64,000 bases of DNA from Dicyema japonicum (taxonomy: Eukaryota; Animalia; Dicyemida): the NCBI GenBank assembly GCA_011109175.1, contig RDEW01000014.1, positions 558,001-622,000 on the forward strand, in the 5' to 3' direction. Position numbers and translations under genes: made by a program. The stretch's first letter is position 1. Every line of letters begins with the position of its first letter. Shown here in pieces: positions 23,636-39,689 of the stretch. The notes beneath the pieces are model-generated. The model was not told the DNA's origin. It was given only the letters and a program-made list of their open reading frames with translations, and ran no database searches.

Positions 23636-24899
23636 TCTTCAAAATATCACGGCTGCTTGACAATCAACCTACTTCTCGTCAAAATCCGATCGCTGTCCGT
23701 TTATGTTCAACTTGAAGTAAAGATTTTTGGAAAATTCTCCTTGTGAAAAAAGCTGTGAAAATACTTGGGATTATTTATGACCAATTTTTTTCTTTCTAGG
23801 CCCACGTGGAAATTTTCATCTTGAAAGATAAACGAAAACTGTGTTGTTTCTCGAGTCGAATTTGGACACGAAAAATACCCTAATACTTATATTCAAACAA
23901 TTCAACAAAGCTACTCCGAAAATCGAAAAATATTCCGCCCTCAGTAGAACTTGAGGAGCTTTATGAATACTTCTGAACTATTATTTTTTCAAATTTCACG
24001 TTTAGAAGATTTGACAAACTCGGAGAGAGACTACCCATGGTAAAAATAATAATGGAAAACCGTGAGAAGCCAAGTTTTTAATTAGTTTTTTAAAGCTACG
24101 ACGGAATGGTTTAGAAAGCAAGAAATTCAATTTTTTCGTTGTCAGTTGATAGGACATATTATACGCTTCTGCAAAAATGATGAAAGAGGTTTGATTTGTT
24201 CAGGAAAACACAGAAGATCAGAGTGCCGATTTGACGGAAAGAACGATAAAAATGAATAAATTGTGAATCAACTAATCACATGGTTAACTACGGAGGTTGC
24301 TCTTCTGCAAACGCAGCTAATAAATTTAAATGGATAAAATTTTACTTCAAAGTAAAAAATGCAATCAAAGTGTTTTTAAAGGAAGCTCTAATGCCAATAA
24401 GATCAGTGAGGATAGTAAAGATCTGAACGAACCAACACGGAACGGGTGGAACCTTATCACTTTTCGGAATGCAAAAAATAATATTTGAGTACATACCGAT
24501 GGACCCTAGTGTCCTCCGTCGACAGTATGTCCCAAACCCAATCTTTAAACACATCAGCATACATAAAAAATCCAAATATTGTCTTGTCTCTCGTCTACAA
24601 GTTAGTGATACTGGGGTTACTTGACTAACTGGTCACTGAAGCATATTCTCTCCGATATCGCACACGAGTCCCTCTATAACTAGTGGAAATGGAAGAAAAC
24701 ACCCAGTCTTAGCATTTGTGAAGCCCAGTGGGGTAAAGCAAATAATCTTTTATCGTGATAGCATTAGAACTGGAATTTTTATATTTATTTAAAAAATCCA
24801 AAGATCGACATAATGCAGCTGTCAAAACCAAATAATTAAGTAATCACAGCTTCTAGTAATTCCCACACTCTTCATGACTGGTCAGCCAGCAATTTCAAC

Positions 24900-25420
24900 G
24901 TCTCCTGGAAGTATCTCTTCAATTTCTGTGGAGAAACTCGATCGGGGTGTCTTTCTTCAAAACTGATCGATATTCATACACATGGATAACTTTTTCTCCT
25001 AGTGGGTTTCCTGGTTTTTTCCAAAACTTTGGAAACCTCGGGCATTTTTTTGGTCGACATCTCTGAAAGCAAAAACCCTGGAAACCTGAAATTGGTTCTC
25101 TTTCGTGTGATGAAAGAAATATGATTTTCCGCTGGGGTGAGTTGATGTGTTCAGTTTTCATTGAAGAAAGAGTAAATCTCCATACATAGCAAGGGTCATA
25201 CGGTAGCCACCCTGGTTTTCCTCTAAGGATTGAAAGTGAGTCTAAGAAATTCCGCTTTCGAAGCCTCCTGGTCATGTTCTTCAGCATGATGATTAAACGT
25301 AATTAATGCGTCAAAAATGACATCAAGGATTTTCTGGCATTTTGTGAATGGGACCAAGATATCTCCGAGGATTAACTCTGGTATAAGGGTGAACTGAATG
25401 ATCCTCATCTGTTGGCATAT
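24900..25420 (-). mobile_element. Degraded APE-type LINE RT/tail fragment
   Basis: KILDVIFDALITFNHHAEE, a variant of KILGV.FD. Confidence 0.55.
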
Positions 25421-26026
25421 CGTATAGAAACGAATTAAGTAGAATCAAGACAAAGGGGATCCTGTGGGACCTCATTAGAAAGTAATCATGACCCTTAATT
25501 TGTTCCATTAACGCTAACTCTTTCGAAATTTCAGAACAAATTAAATGCATCTACAAGGTGCAAGTTGGGGTTGTCCAATTTAGCGAAAGACGACAACTTA
25601 AAATGTACCAGAGCATCTTACGAAGTATAAAATTATTTTAATTAAACAGGTGAGTTATCTTGTCGCTCGTTGTAGAGGGGCACCTACTATTGCCGAAAAT
25701 CTTATACAGCCATGTTCAAAAAAATCATTGAGTGTATTTATGGAGAACAGATTTTTCAGAAACTGGATCTTGTTCCTTTGTAAAATAATATTATTTCAAG
25801 GCGAATTCAGGAACTTTCTGAAAATATTGAAACCCAGTTACTAATTCGTTTGAATAATTCTAATGGGTTTGCCATTCAAATTGATGAGTCTACTGATGTT
25901 GAAGGATTGGCACATTAATAGGCTCTCGTTCGATACTCATTTGACAATATTATTGAAAAAGACATGTTAATGTGCCAATTGTTGGAGAGTAATTGTACTG
26001 GGGAAGATGATATCCAAATTATTAAT

Positions 26027-26667
<641 letters not shown>

Positions 26668-27289
26668 TAACGTTTGTTTGAATTACGAAACGAGCTTATT
26701 GTGTCTCTTAAGAAACAAAATTTTCCAATTTACAAAAATTTGGAAAACAATCTTTGGTTATAGAGACCTGCATATTTGGTTTCAAATAAAAAAAAATAAT
26801 TTACATTATCACTACAAGGAAAATATCAAACAGTTTTTATTTTGAATGATAAAGTAATGGCCTTAAAACGGAAAATTGAATTTCGGCGATCATCCGTAGA
26901 TAAGAATAATATTGCATGCTTTGTCGTTTTGCAAGAGTATCTCGATGAATCAAAATCAGCATTGGAAGATACAGTTCTTCAGGACATCAAAGATCATTTG
27001 GTGATTTTGGACGATAACATTGCAAAATATTTTCCGGGTAAATTTGATGACGATTGGGTTCAAAGTTAAAGTAATACCAGCAAATCTAACATCAATTGAA
27101 TATGCTTATTGATTTGACATCAGAATCAACGTCAATTCAGATATATATAAAAATGAATCCCTTTTTAATTATTGGAGAGCATACATTTCAAAATATCCAG
27201 ATATCTCAGAAAAGGCTATAAGTGAACTAATACCTTTTCCAACGACTTACTTATGCGAGTCTGGGTTTTCAATATATAGCACTTTTTCT

Positions 27290-27712
27290 TCCGAAGCTCC
27301 GAGCACTCCTTTCTTCCCGAAGCTTTTTCAAAATGCCGTCCGAAATCTTATACAAGAGAACAGGAACTAAGCCAATATCATGTGATATTACTGATTCAAG
27401 ATGGAGGCTCTTTGGACACATACTCCGCCACGATATGGGGACCCCTGCCAACATAGCAATGGAGGAGTGTTTTGTCTTAGAAGCATCTCGTTTCCGCGGC
27501 CGGCCGAGGACAACACTGCCGGTTATTGTAGATGAAGATCTCAAGAAGACTGGAAAGTGCCTTAAAGATGGGGACGATCTAGATATGCTACGGAACATGG
27601 CAACGGATCGAAAAAGATGGGCGACGTTAATTAGATTGTTAATTTTTCGTGTTGCACATGCTTTGCCATGATCTTGGAATCGCGTACGTGCCTATAATAA
27701 TAATAATAATAA
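27290..27712 (+). mobile_element. RTE-like LINE 3' end with (TAA)n tail
   Basis: RWRLFGHILR, FRGRPRTTLP, DLDMLRNMATDRKRW, TAA repeats. Confidence 0.85.
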
Positions 27713-28139
27713 TGTATATAAATTTATTCAAATTTGTATTTGGCAGGCGGCACACTAGAAATTGTCTGTCATGATCTACATTAATTAGATTGTCATCTAC
27801 ATCTACCAAAACAAAATATAGAAATAAACTTAATGCTTCAGCTGATATGAGGATACAGTTGTCAACAATAACTCCTAACGTTACATAACTATGTTATGAT
27901 AAAAAATTAGCTCAATGTTCACATTAAAATTGTTTTTGGTTATTACGATTATGTTTTAAGTGAAAATTGTAATAATTGAATTGGAAGGGTTCCACAAAAA
28001 ATAAATTAGCCCAAAAAAGTTCCGCGAAAACCTTAAGGTTGGGAACCACTGCTTTAAAGATTTCTTTAAAGTCTTAAGATAAAGTCAATGTGACAGATCT
28101 TCCGAGTTAAAATTCGAGTCCATTTTGAATTAGATAAAT

Positions 28140-28405
28140 CTTCACGAGAGTGCTACAAGGGCCTGTTCAGCATCCATAAAGGCGGAGAAGGCCAAACTCG
28201 TTAAATACGTCGACCTTCCCGATGATGTCAAATTTGTTCCCCTTGCTATGGAGACTTCCGGATCCTACTCCCCCTCTACACTCGAGTTTTTCGGACGTCT
28301 TGGAAACCGGATCACCTCATGCACTGGAGATCTCCGCGAACGTCACTGGCTATTTGAGCGAATTTCGCTCGCAATTTTGAGAGGGAACAGCACGCGGTGA
28401 GGGAC
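28140..28405 (+). mobile_element. CRE-like retroelement endonuclease 3' end
   Basis: AEKAKLVKY, FVPLAMETSG, FERISLAILRGNS. Similar tails near 12390, 38270, 42190, 51190, 57340, 59780 and 63590. Confidence 0.8.
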
Positions 28406-28623
28406 TTCTATTGTTTAAATTTAAATTTATAAAGCCAAAATAAAAATTATGAATAAAAAAAAAAAAAAATTAGATAAATAGAAATTAAAAGTTAGGGAGC
28501 TTGATTTAAAAACTGGCCAATTAATAAAATAAATAAAATTTTTCTTATAAATTTTTTTCTTTATGTGGCTAATTTAAAAATTGGCGAATTTGCGAGGATA
28601 GAATGTACAAAATAAAAAGTAAA

Positions 28624-30595
<1,972 letters not shown>

Positions 30596-30944
30596 TAGTT
30601 AAAACGCGGGCGATTTAAATTTAAAAAAAATAAATAATATTTAAATCATAATTGATTTAAAATAAATTTAGAATCATTTGTCTTGAAGGACCGACTTTCA
30701 TTATTCAAATGGTCTTGTTCTGTTTCACTTAAATTAATGGTTTTGTTCTCTCAGTGGAGGATGTAGAGAAAATGATTCAAGATCAAAAATCAACTTATTC
30801 CCGAAGTCCGAGTGGAATCCCAACAATATTACTGAAAAAAAAATATTGGTTCTTATGCTATCGTGCCCCAAAGTAAATCTACAACTTTTCAATCAACAGA
30901 AACTCTATCCCGTTCAGATGGAAACTATCGAACATATGGCCGAA

Positions 30945-31300
30945 TTTGAAACCTGGAGGCCAAAATAATCACAGGCCTCGTTCAGACCGGTATCTCTCTT
31001 GTGTTCCTCCACAAAAAATCGTAGAAAAGTTAAGTCTTGAACAGATTGTACTTTACCTTCATGTTGCATCGTTCCAACGTGGGGTTAAGAAGGGTCTCTC
31101 CACAACAACTCACCTTACATCCTTAACAAAATTCATCACCGATACCGTACAATGTAAATTTAAGAATCAAAAGTCCCTAGTATTATCTATTGGCATATAG
31201 GAGGCTTTTTGACTCCGTCCAAAGAAAATTACTTACAAAAAAGATCTTGGTCTCTGACATTCCAGACAAATTGAAAATTTGGATTACAATTAACAAAAAC
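30945..31300 (+). mobile_element. Degraded APE-type LINE RT fragment
   Basis: HRP.S...KIVEKL and AFDSV-like segments. Confidence 0.55.
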
Positions 31301-31314
31301 TATCGATTGAGTAT

Positions 31315-32070
31315 TATTTAACAAACAATAAAAAAAAGTTAATATATTTAATCAACAACCTTCCTCGCCTGCCTGTTCGCCAGCCTCCTCAGGCAGTTCG
31401 ATTCTGGTTGCTGAAACAACTCCGAGAGCGCCTTGTCTAATTGAACCCTCTGGCCCATATGGCATCTCAGGGCTCTGCCTCCTATACTCCAGTGTCAGGC
31501 TCTCTAGGGTCCGCTTTAACACAGTGGACTGTAGATAGGCCTGGAGCTTTCCTATCTACCCCCAGCTGCTTCAGATAACCCTTGTGGTACTTTGTTGCAA
31601 TTCCTTCCTACGTCATTACTATAGGAATAACGAGGACCTTGCAACCAAGCATCTGCCCCATCTCGTTTGCAAGCAAGTCATACTTTCTTTTTTTCTTCAC
31701 CTCCACAGTTTGCAAACAGTCTTGAGACGTAATGCCAACCTCTATGATAAGGACTTGGCCAGACTCCTTATCGTGTACCACAATGTCCGGTTTATTGTGC
31801 TTGACTAGCACCGAGGTACGGATAACACTGTCTACCCTAATTTGGACCCTGGTGTTTTCTACTACAGATTGCACCTTATGAGTCCGCAACTTTCTGGTGT
31901 AGCGAATACCATACTTATTGCATAGTAGAAGATGAAGACTCTTTACTACCTCGTTATGCCTCTACATATAGTCGTGGCAGAGCATGGACCCACATCGAGT
32001 GGCTAAATGATCATCCGACATGCTCCTTGACTTACAATGAAGACATGTATTTATTGATCGACCCCGATTG
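31315..32070 (-). mobile_element. R4-like retroelement (second family), CCHC finger, endonuclease and 3' end
   Basis: CLHC...DHLATRC, RHNEVV, NKPDIVV, IIEVGITS, KYDLLANE. Confidence 0.88.
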
Positions 32071-32094
32071 AGTATTATTATTATTATTATTATT

Positions 32095-32850
32095 TAAGCC
32101 AAAGAAACACCGTCTTAACCAATAACTAATATTCAGGTGATCCCGGCATCTCTCAATAATCGGGCCATTTTTTCTCGATGCTCCGACTGTGATCCCACGC
32201 ATTTTCTATACGGACGGGGGTCTTTTTCCTTTCCTCTTCTGAAATTGCCTCCAGTTGCCTCTATGATAGACTCGAGTGCTCTGGGGCAATTTCTTTATCT
32301 GTATATTTTTCTAGTAACTTTTTTGCTCTTGACTGGATATCTTGAATTTTTGTTAGGTTCGTTGCCGACAGGTTAGATCCCCATGCAGCACATGCATAGC
32401 CTATTGTTGGCTCGACATACTGCTTGTAGAGGGTCCCGATACCTGGCGGATAAATTCCTCCACAGTTCCAAAGGAAGGCCTTTACAAAATTGATCTTCTT
32501 TGCACAGGTTGATATGATAGATTCCACATGGGCTGAGAAGCAGAGGAAAGTATCAAAAGTTACTCCCAGTATCTTCTGCGATTTCTTTTGTGGTATAGGT
32601 ACTCCATTTAACGTGACATCAATTAATTGCGTTCCCATCTTTCTATTCTTAGTAAATAGAGTGACTGCTGACTTTTCGGAACATGCATTTAATCGATTCT
32701 CGCACAACCATCCAAAATATGTTATTTAGTATTCCTTGTAGTCTTTCCTTAGCATGTTCGACGTTTACGTCTCTAGATGCGATAACTATGTCATCGACAT
32801 AGGAAAGTAGTATGTCATTATTATTCATAGGTACGGGGAGATCACTCAAA
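32095..32850 (-). mobile_element. APE-type LINE family A, RT C-half and 3' end
   Basis: SYVDDIVIASRD, KILGVTFD, PTIGYACAAW, ending DAGIT*. Confidence 0.85.
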
Positions 32851-32899
32851 ACAAATTAAAAAGGATTGGTGCTCAGTTTAGTTAAAATTATAATTAAAG

Positions 32900-33430
32900 C
32901 ATGAAATATTTTTCAATATTTTTCATTGAAATAAACATCTTTAGACATTTGTTTTTTCGAACGGGAAAAAGATTGTTCCACTGAAATTGAAGTAGCGGAC
33001 ATTTTAGAAGGTTGCATGTCATTAGATTTATTGATTTGTTAGTCATTTTAGCAACATCCATTAAATTATTCTTCTCATACCTTTCAATATCCCCATTTAC
33101 CGAAATATAACTGATCTTTTCAAAATCTGCATAACTTTCTTCGATTGAATACTGTGAGTTTTGCAATTTTTCTAAATTAAATTTAGTCATTGATGTTTGG
33201 TAATTTCAAAAAGTTCAGGAAACAAATTTTCATTGATTGCTTCAAATTCGCAACAATATTCTCAGCGTCTTCAAATTGTTTACTACATCTTTAATTGCAA
33301 CGAGAATGTCACAATAATAAAATTCTGCTTCTAAAAAACTCTCCCATCTTGTGATAATTACATCTGGTGGTAATTTAATCTCACCAAACATAGCTCTGCG
33401 CTTTATGATTGCGAAAGAGAAATTTTCATT
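32900..33430 (-). mobile_element. hAT-related transposase, C-terminal half, degraded
   Basis: LPPDVIITRWESFLEA and ATSISVEQSFS; same family as 22350-23250. Confidence 0.75.
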
Positions 33431-33499
33431 TTTTCCAATTAAGTCGTTAACGGGGGAAACTGGCCCACCGCAAGAAAGACGTGCGGGAAGCGGTCTAGA

Positions 33500-34680
33500 T
33501 GAGATTATTTTAAGGCACTTTCACGAAAGCCATGGTATTTATAGCCCCGCATGTGCAACACTCATAGAAACAATATTTATAGTTAATCTCTTCCATCTTT
33601 CTCTGTCGAATGCTAGTGATCTCAATTCGTCCAGATCGTCCCCCGCAGATTTAGATCTTTGTTTAAGGGAGTCGGAGGTGTCGATCTAGGTTGTCCGCGG
33701 AAGGGTTTGTCGCAACTGTCAAAGTAATCTTCCATCGCTTTGTTAGCGGGTGCGTACGGGTTCATTCTTAATACATGTCCAAATAGCCTCCACCGGGTAT
33801 CTATCACATCCTTGCTGATGTACGAACACATACACTTGTTGTAGATACTCGTGGTTGATATTCAACGTGGCCACTACATTCCGATTAAGCTTCTTAGTTG
33901 CCTTCTATTGAACGAATCCAGTTTCAATAGTTCGTTGAGGGAACTTCCCCAGGTCCCAACGTTGTACAGTAGGATCAGTTTCACAAAGGCGTTGTAAAGC
34001 TAGCATCTTATGTCAATTCCAAGTCCTTTGGCTCTTACCCATCCTTTCTTTAGTTTAGCCATTGTCGCATTTGCCAGTGTTTTCCTCCTTAGTACATCTT
34101 CAGCGTCTCCTAGTAGAGAGCCGAGCTTATTAGTACATCGCCATCTTTCGTGAGCAACATCGTCTTCTTTTTTGATTTCAGTAATTTCGTTTTTGTTTAC
34201 ATTTACGCTGAGAAACCATTTCTCAAGCTCTGCAGGTGCATTTTCTAGTAGGTGTTGGAGTGCAGTCGCGTCCCCTTGATACGAAATCCACATCATCCGC
34301 ATAAAATGTCTCTTCTATGTCTCCTATATAGCATTTACGGAGATCGCGGAGTGCAGATTCAAGGTATATGGTGAATAGTAAAGGGGAGAGGGAATCACCC
34401 TGGGGTGTCCCAATCGTTGTTTTGAAACTGCGGGAAGTTGCTCCTTCTGTCCTTACAGATAGTCTTGTGTCCGCAAGTAGTAGTCTGATTATCCTACCCG
34501 ACGATTCATCCAATATTTGCTCAAGCACATTCATCAGTTTTGTCTGTTTATTGAGTCAAAAGCTCTGGAGATATCTATTCCTAACACGGTCGTTGCGCTC
34601 TTGAATGACTCCATACAATGTCCGCCGTAGACCACCCTTCTCGGAACCCACTTTGATTTGCTGGTAGGTATAGATCATCC
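33500..34680 (-). mobile_element. RTE-like LINE, RT to 3' end
   Basis: GTPQGDSLSPLLF, FYADDVDF, KLGSLLG, RWRLFGHVLR. Confidence 0.88.
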
Positions 34681-35619
34681 ACACCCTTTATCCGAGATGA
34701 GAATACAATTTAAAAAACAATTTATAACGTGTAATTTAAAATGAAATTAAAAAATATTAACAAAATTAAAAAAATAATTATAATAATTATATCCTATTTT
34801 AAGACAATTTTATCTTTGAAATAGGAAAAATAGGACAATGTCCTATTTTTTTGTCCTAAATGGGACAATTTCTGCCCTACTCATCACTATTTCAATTATT
34901 GAATCACCGGATGATAGTCTCGTATGAGGCACATGTGGGAACTTAATTAGTATATTTGACATTTTGTTCTCATGATAATGTTAATAATAGAGCTGGTAAT
35001 GTAGTCTTAACTATAACTCATAACCGTTATCTCAAAACTTTTATGGGCTTGATGAATGTATTGAGCACAAAAGTTCAAAGTTTAATTCCAATCTTGTTTA
35101 AAACCTGGTGAAACATGAAATACAATGATTTGTCATGTGGTTCGTTCTTACAGGATTATAATTTGTATTACTGTTTATTACCTTGGGGGACTCTAGATTA
35201 ATAACCTTTAAAATATCATTGGTGAATAAAATTATCAGTCTTATTCTTTCCCTTGATGTTGCTGACCGATTTATGCAATATCAAAGATATTTAATATATA
35301 TTTTTCTTTTCATCTTGAAAATGACTACTAATGAGTTTTATCAGTCTTATGTTCAAAATACATCAATAGTAACTCGTGGCACAAAACTTACATGAATTCA
35401 TCTTTCTGGCGTTTATGGAAAATTTGGAAATGGATGTTAAATTGTGACAATTTATTTTTACTTATGGAAATTATATATCTTTTCTTGTAAGAATTAATGG
35501 TAAACTCATCCCTTCTCTTTCCTCATCAGAATCAATCACCTATCCCCTTTACACATCCGACAGAATGTTTTCATAATAATTACACCACATATTGCTCTCA
35601 TTTTTATTTATTAAAGAAA

Positions 35620-36240
35620 CCCCAAGACCATCAAGAAAGGAGACGTCAAATCCAACTATTTAAGTGACCCCAGCTTCTATTAGTTCCCGGGAACTCTTCA
35701 AGTTGTCCACTAGCGATCCCACAGCTTTCCCGAAGTGTCTTCTTGAATTTCTGTGGAGGGTGTTCTTTTTCAAGACTCACCTAGAATCCGTCGCATGGTT
35801 GACCTTTTCCCAAATGGGTTTCATGGTTTTTTTTGGGAAACGCGTGAAACATCCCCCATTGTTTATGTGGATGAGGGAAAAAGGCAGAGTTTTCCGTCGG
35901 AGTCAGTTAATATGGTTATTCGTCGAGGTAGAAAGAGAAAATCTCTACGCAAAACAAGCGTATTCGAAGCTTGGAGAGTAATCTGATGATAAAAACCTGC
36001 TGATGTAGGTCAAATGAAGGAGAGGACTTTTTCGCTAATCTTCAAAAATTCTACTATCGAAACCTCTTGGTTACGACTTCTTCAGAGTAACGAGTAAATG
36101 TCATTGACGTGTCGAAAGTAATGTCGAGGATCCTCCAGCATCTCGTAAATGAGATGCGGACATTGCCAGAGAATAACTCAGGTTCTCAATTGAGTATAAA
36201 ATATCGCTTGCTCAGTTTAGTTAATAAAACGGAATGCTTT
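35620..36240 (-). mobile_element. APE-type LINE family A 3' fragment
   Basis: Terminates EAGVT* with the family 3' tail. Confidence 0.65.
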
Positions 36241-36284
36241 GAGACTTAGCGCATAAATATATTAGAAAAGGTTAGTCATTAAAA

Positions 36285-36722
36285 TTAATAATAATTGAGT
36301 TTAGGCATTGACCCTGAATATCTCAATTTGTAGTCAATTCCCAAATATGTCTCCTTAATCATATGGGGTCGGTTGGTTACAACACATGGCCTCTTTTGGG
36401 AGAACATCGAACCAGAGTATTTGTAATTATCAGGATCCTTGTAATGTTGGGTTAAAATCCTTTCCAGATTAAATTTTTTGACCTCCGCCATTTGTTTAGT
36501 GTCGCTAATATTTGTTTCACATACAACATATGGAAGCTTCGGGAAATTAGACTTTAATCTCATATATTGACACTTATCGAACGGCCAGATCGGTGATATT
36601 TGAGGTCCATGACTTTGTTGATTGTCCCTTGATTTAAATAGAGGAGATGTCAAATCAGTTTTTATCTTCTTTTTGGTGCAATCGGTATAACTTGTATTAG
36701 GAAATGTCTGACAAAGCTTCAT
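36285..36722 (-). CDS. Hypothetical 145-aa protein
   Basis: Uninterrupted ATG-initiated ORF between AT-rich flanks; no family recognised. Confidence 0.4.
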   Translation of the reverse strand: MKLCQTFPNTSYTDCTKKKIKTDLTSPLFKSRDNQQSHGPQISPIWPFDKCQYMRLKSNFPKLPYVVCETNISDTKQMAEVKKFNLERILTQHYKDPDNYKYSGSMFSQKRPCVVTNRPHMIKETYLGIDYKLRYSGSMPKLNYY

Positions 36723-36879
36723 ATTTTGCTTAGATATTATAAATTAATAAAAATATCAATTTTAATAATAAAATTGCTTTTAAAATTAAGCTAAGAGAAA
36801 TAATATTTCAGCTCAGCTCATTAGTGGACGAAGGGGACGTGTATGTCTTGGAGGTCTGAATTCTATCTCACATCTCCTC

Positions 36880-37640
36880 CCCTACGGAGTCCTTCAGGGA
36901 TCTCCTTTATCCCCTGCTCTGTTTAACTTTTTTTTCTGGCCGATCTCCCGACTCTGGAATCTGATAGTGGTGTTCTGATATTGTTTTGGCTTCGAGAGGT
37001 CTAGACATCCAGAAGACCACGGAAAGAATACAAATTAACCTGGACCGGCTTAACGACTGGATAATGGAGAACCGGATCATGGTGAAGGCAGATAAGTCTA
37101 CCGCGTTCCTTTTTACCTTGGACAAAAGATTGAGAAGAAGACAGTCACCTTGAAGTTAAACAAAGTCGACATCCCTTTCAACAGATGTCAAAGGATCTTG
37201 GGTGTAACACTTGATAGGCATCTTTAGATAATGTTCTTGTGAAATGAGAAAAGAAATTGAACGTACTAAGGAGTTTATCGAGAATATGGAAGATTGGTAC
37301 TCACCCCTCCTGATGAACGTGTACGGACAGTACATCGAACCATGTTTCTCATGCATGCGCCTCTTGGGGACCGTCCATATCTTGGACAAATATGAGGAAG
37401 GTCGAGGAAATGCAAAAAAGGGCTTTCAGAGTAACGGAATGTTGTATTTGTGAGGAACACCGAACCGGACAGACGGCTCTGAAGGCCATTATGAGGCTGG
37501 ATTTCAGAATGAGAGAATGCGGCCCCGTAGATTCAGTAAGTCACCTTGTACGATCATGTGCGGGCACAAGGGAGGAACACCTGACTAAGATGAGGTCTTT
37601 AATTGAGAGCATCGAATTCACAGGATAATTAGTTTGGTTT
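36880..37640 (+). mobile_element. Degraded APE-type LINE RT and tail
   Basis: GVLQGSPLSPALFN; the tail recurs at 49270-49400. Confidence 0.7.
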
Positions 37641-38900
37641 TACCGTTGTCTTGGGATGTTAAATAATAATAAGCGAAATCCGTGAATATGTACATTGACA
37701 GGATATTTAGATTCATTTTCAAAAATCCCTCATTTTATCACCAAAGAATCTCACAAGCACACTTAGACTGATATCTCTACAATTTCTATTCTTAGAACGG
37801 TTTCGAAACTAAGACTACTCATTAGCTCCTCAAAACGATCCAAGACTGGGTTTATACTGATGCTATCAAAATCCTAAGTACCAAAAAGCTTCTAGACGTT
37901 TTTCGCCAAATATTGAATTGCAATCGTCCTCGGCAGTGCCCATCGTTTTATAACAGCTGGAGCCTGATTTGTTGCTAATGTTTTTACTTGAATAAATTAG
38001 TTTTTAATTTATCAATTCTAACGCACTGTTTCCCAAAATGATGTTATTTATGAAATGAAGCCATATTTTCCTTAAATAGCTCATATTTCACGAACTTAAT
38101 TTTTAGTTTGGTTGACTCTCATAAGTCGTAGTTTCTGATATGGTAACAAATTATAATCTTTATTTTACGATAATAAGTCATAATTAGGGCAATCCTTCCT
38201 ACTTGGATCGCTGATAGCAAAGAAGGAAAATAGACAACCGAGAAGGATTGGCTGATTCAATGTATTTCCACAAAAATCGTAAGAGGGAATGCGGTATAAA
38301 TCGTAAGAGCTGCTTACTGGAACTAAAATTTCTAAAATGGATTATGTAATTTTCAACATTATTTTCATTAAAATTCATTTATGATTGTTGAACACAAAGA
38401 TAGAGTCAAGGCACCAACTGAAGAAATCCTCTACGCGTCTTATTACATTGGTTAAGTGTCGAAGCCGCAGTCCGAAGAAGTGTCGTGGATTCGAATGGGA
38501 AAGATGAGCCTCTTAGCGAAGGTCAATTTTCGTCTAACAGATTCCACCCGTGAGGCGTCGAGTCTTTCTGGCACGACACAGTTGTTGAAGGGGATCTTCC
38601 TGCTATCTTCCTGACCAAATCCACTGGTGAAGAAAACTCTTACCATTATGAAATCTCTTCCACCAAAGAATGAAATGATGTCCCGACGGAAGGTCTTTTA
38701 TGGTAAAAGTTTTGCCAAAAATTGTCTTAGTCATAACAGGTAGATTTAATCCCAGCATCCAAAATACTAGATATTCTCAGAAGTAATAAAAAATAATCTA
38801 AGAAAATCCTACAAAATAATTTCACCTCAACTAATCCAATAATTCGTTAAGTCAAATGACATCATTATTAATATTTATATTATTTTTCCGTGAAAATGTA

Positions 38901-39608
38901 ATGTTGAAATTGGGTCACTATTCCAGTCATAGTCTTAAAAGAAAAATCGCCCCATCTCCACCGAAGAGATCAAGTGTGTTTTCCAACAGAGATCTTAGTC
39001 CTCGTCGTCGCGCTGTGGTTTGCTGAATCGTAATTTTAGATAGAATGCCAGGGGGAAATACAAAACTTGGAAGGTGTGATAAATGTGACAGAAAGTGAAA
39101 TAATATTCTTATACCTCAAATTGAAAGAGTTTGAAAAACATTTGAATTTAAAATACTCCCGAAACGGAACGAGGGACTGGAAAATAATTCTGAATCAGTT
39201 AATTTCAGCAGATTTCAAAAAGAAGAAGTATGAAATTCAGTCATTAATTATTTTTATTTCAGACTCCAAGAATATTTGCTTACTCTCTCCCAACAATTAA
39301 TTTTGTACGACATTGAAAATATCAGGGAACAAAAATGTACTTCACTAAGACTAATTTAAGGCGCAGAGTCCGAAAAATACGAATCCGACATGGTCGACAA
39401 GCTCCTGGATACTGTATTTGAAAGAGACCGTCTTATTAAAATAATTGAGTATCTATAAATTCAATTTCCCAGTGATTTGATTCGCGAAGAAAAGAAAAGT
39501 TTGATTAAAATAAAAAAGAAGAGTATTATAGTTTTCATTTTTAGGCTCAAAATTTAGTTTATACAAGTTCACTTCAATTTCTTAACTTTCCCTCCAACAG
39601 AGAGTTAA
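38901..39608 (+). CDS. bMERB (MICAL C-terminal/DUF3585)-like domain protein
   Basis: Six GT-AG introns (25, 33, 35, 24, 24, 22 nt) give one open frame including DWKIILNQ and ESDMVDKLLDTVFERDRLIKIIDD. Confidence 0.62.
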
Positions 39609-39689
39609 TCTACTCAAAAAGTTTTAATTTATAACACAGAAATTTATATTTGAGTTTAATATTCTTAAAAAATAAATCTGCTAAGGGCA

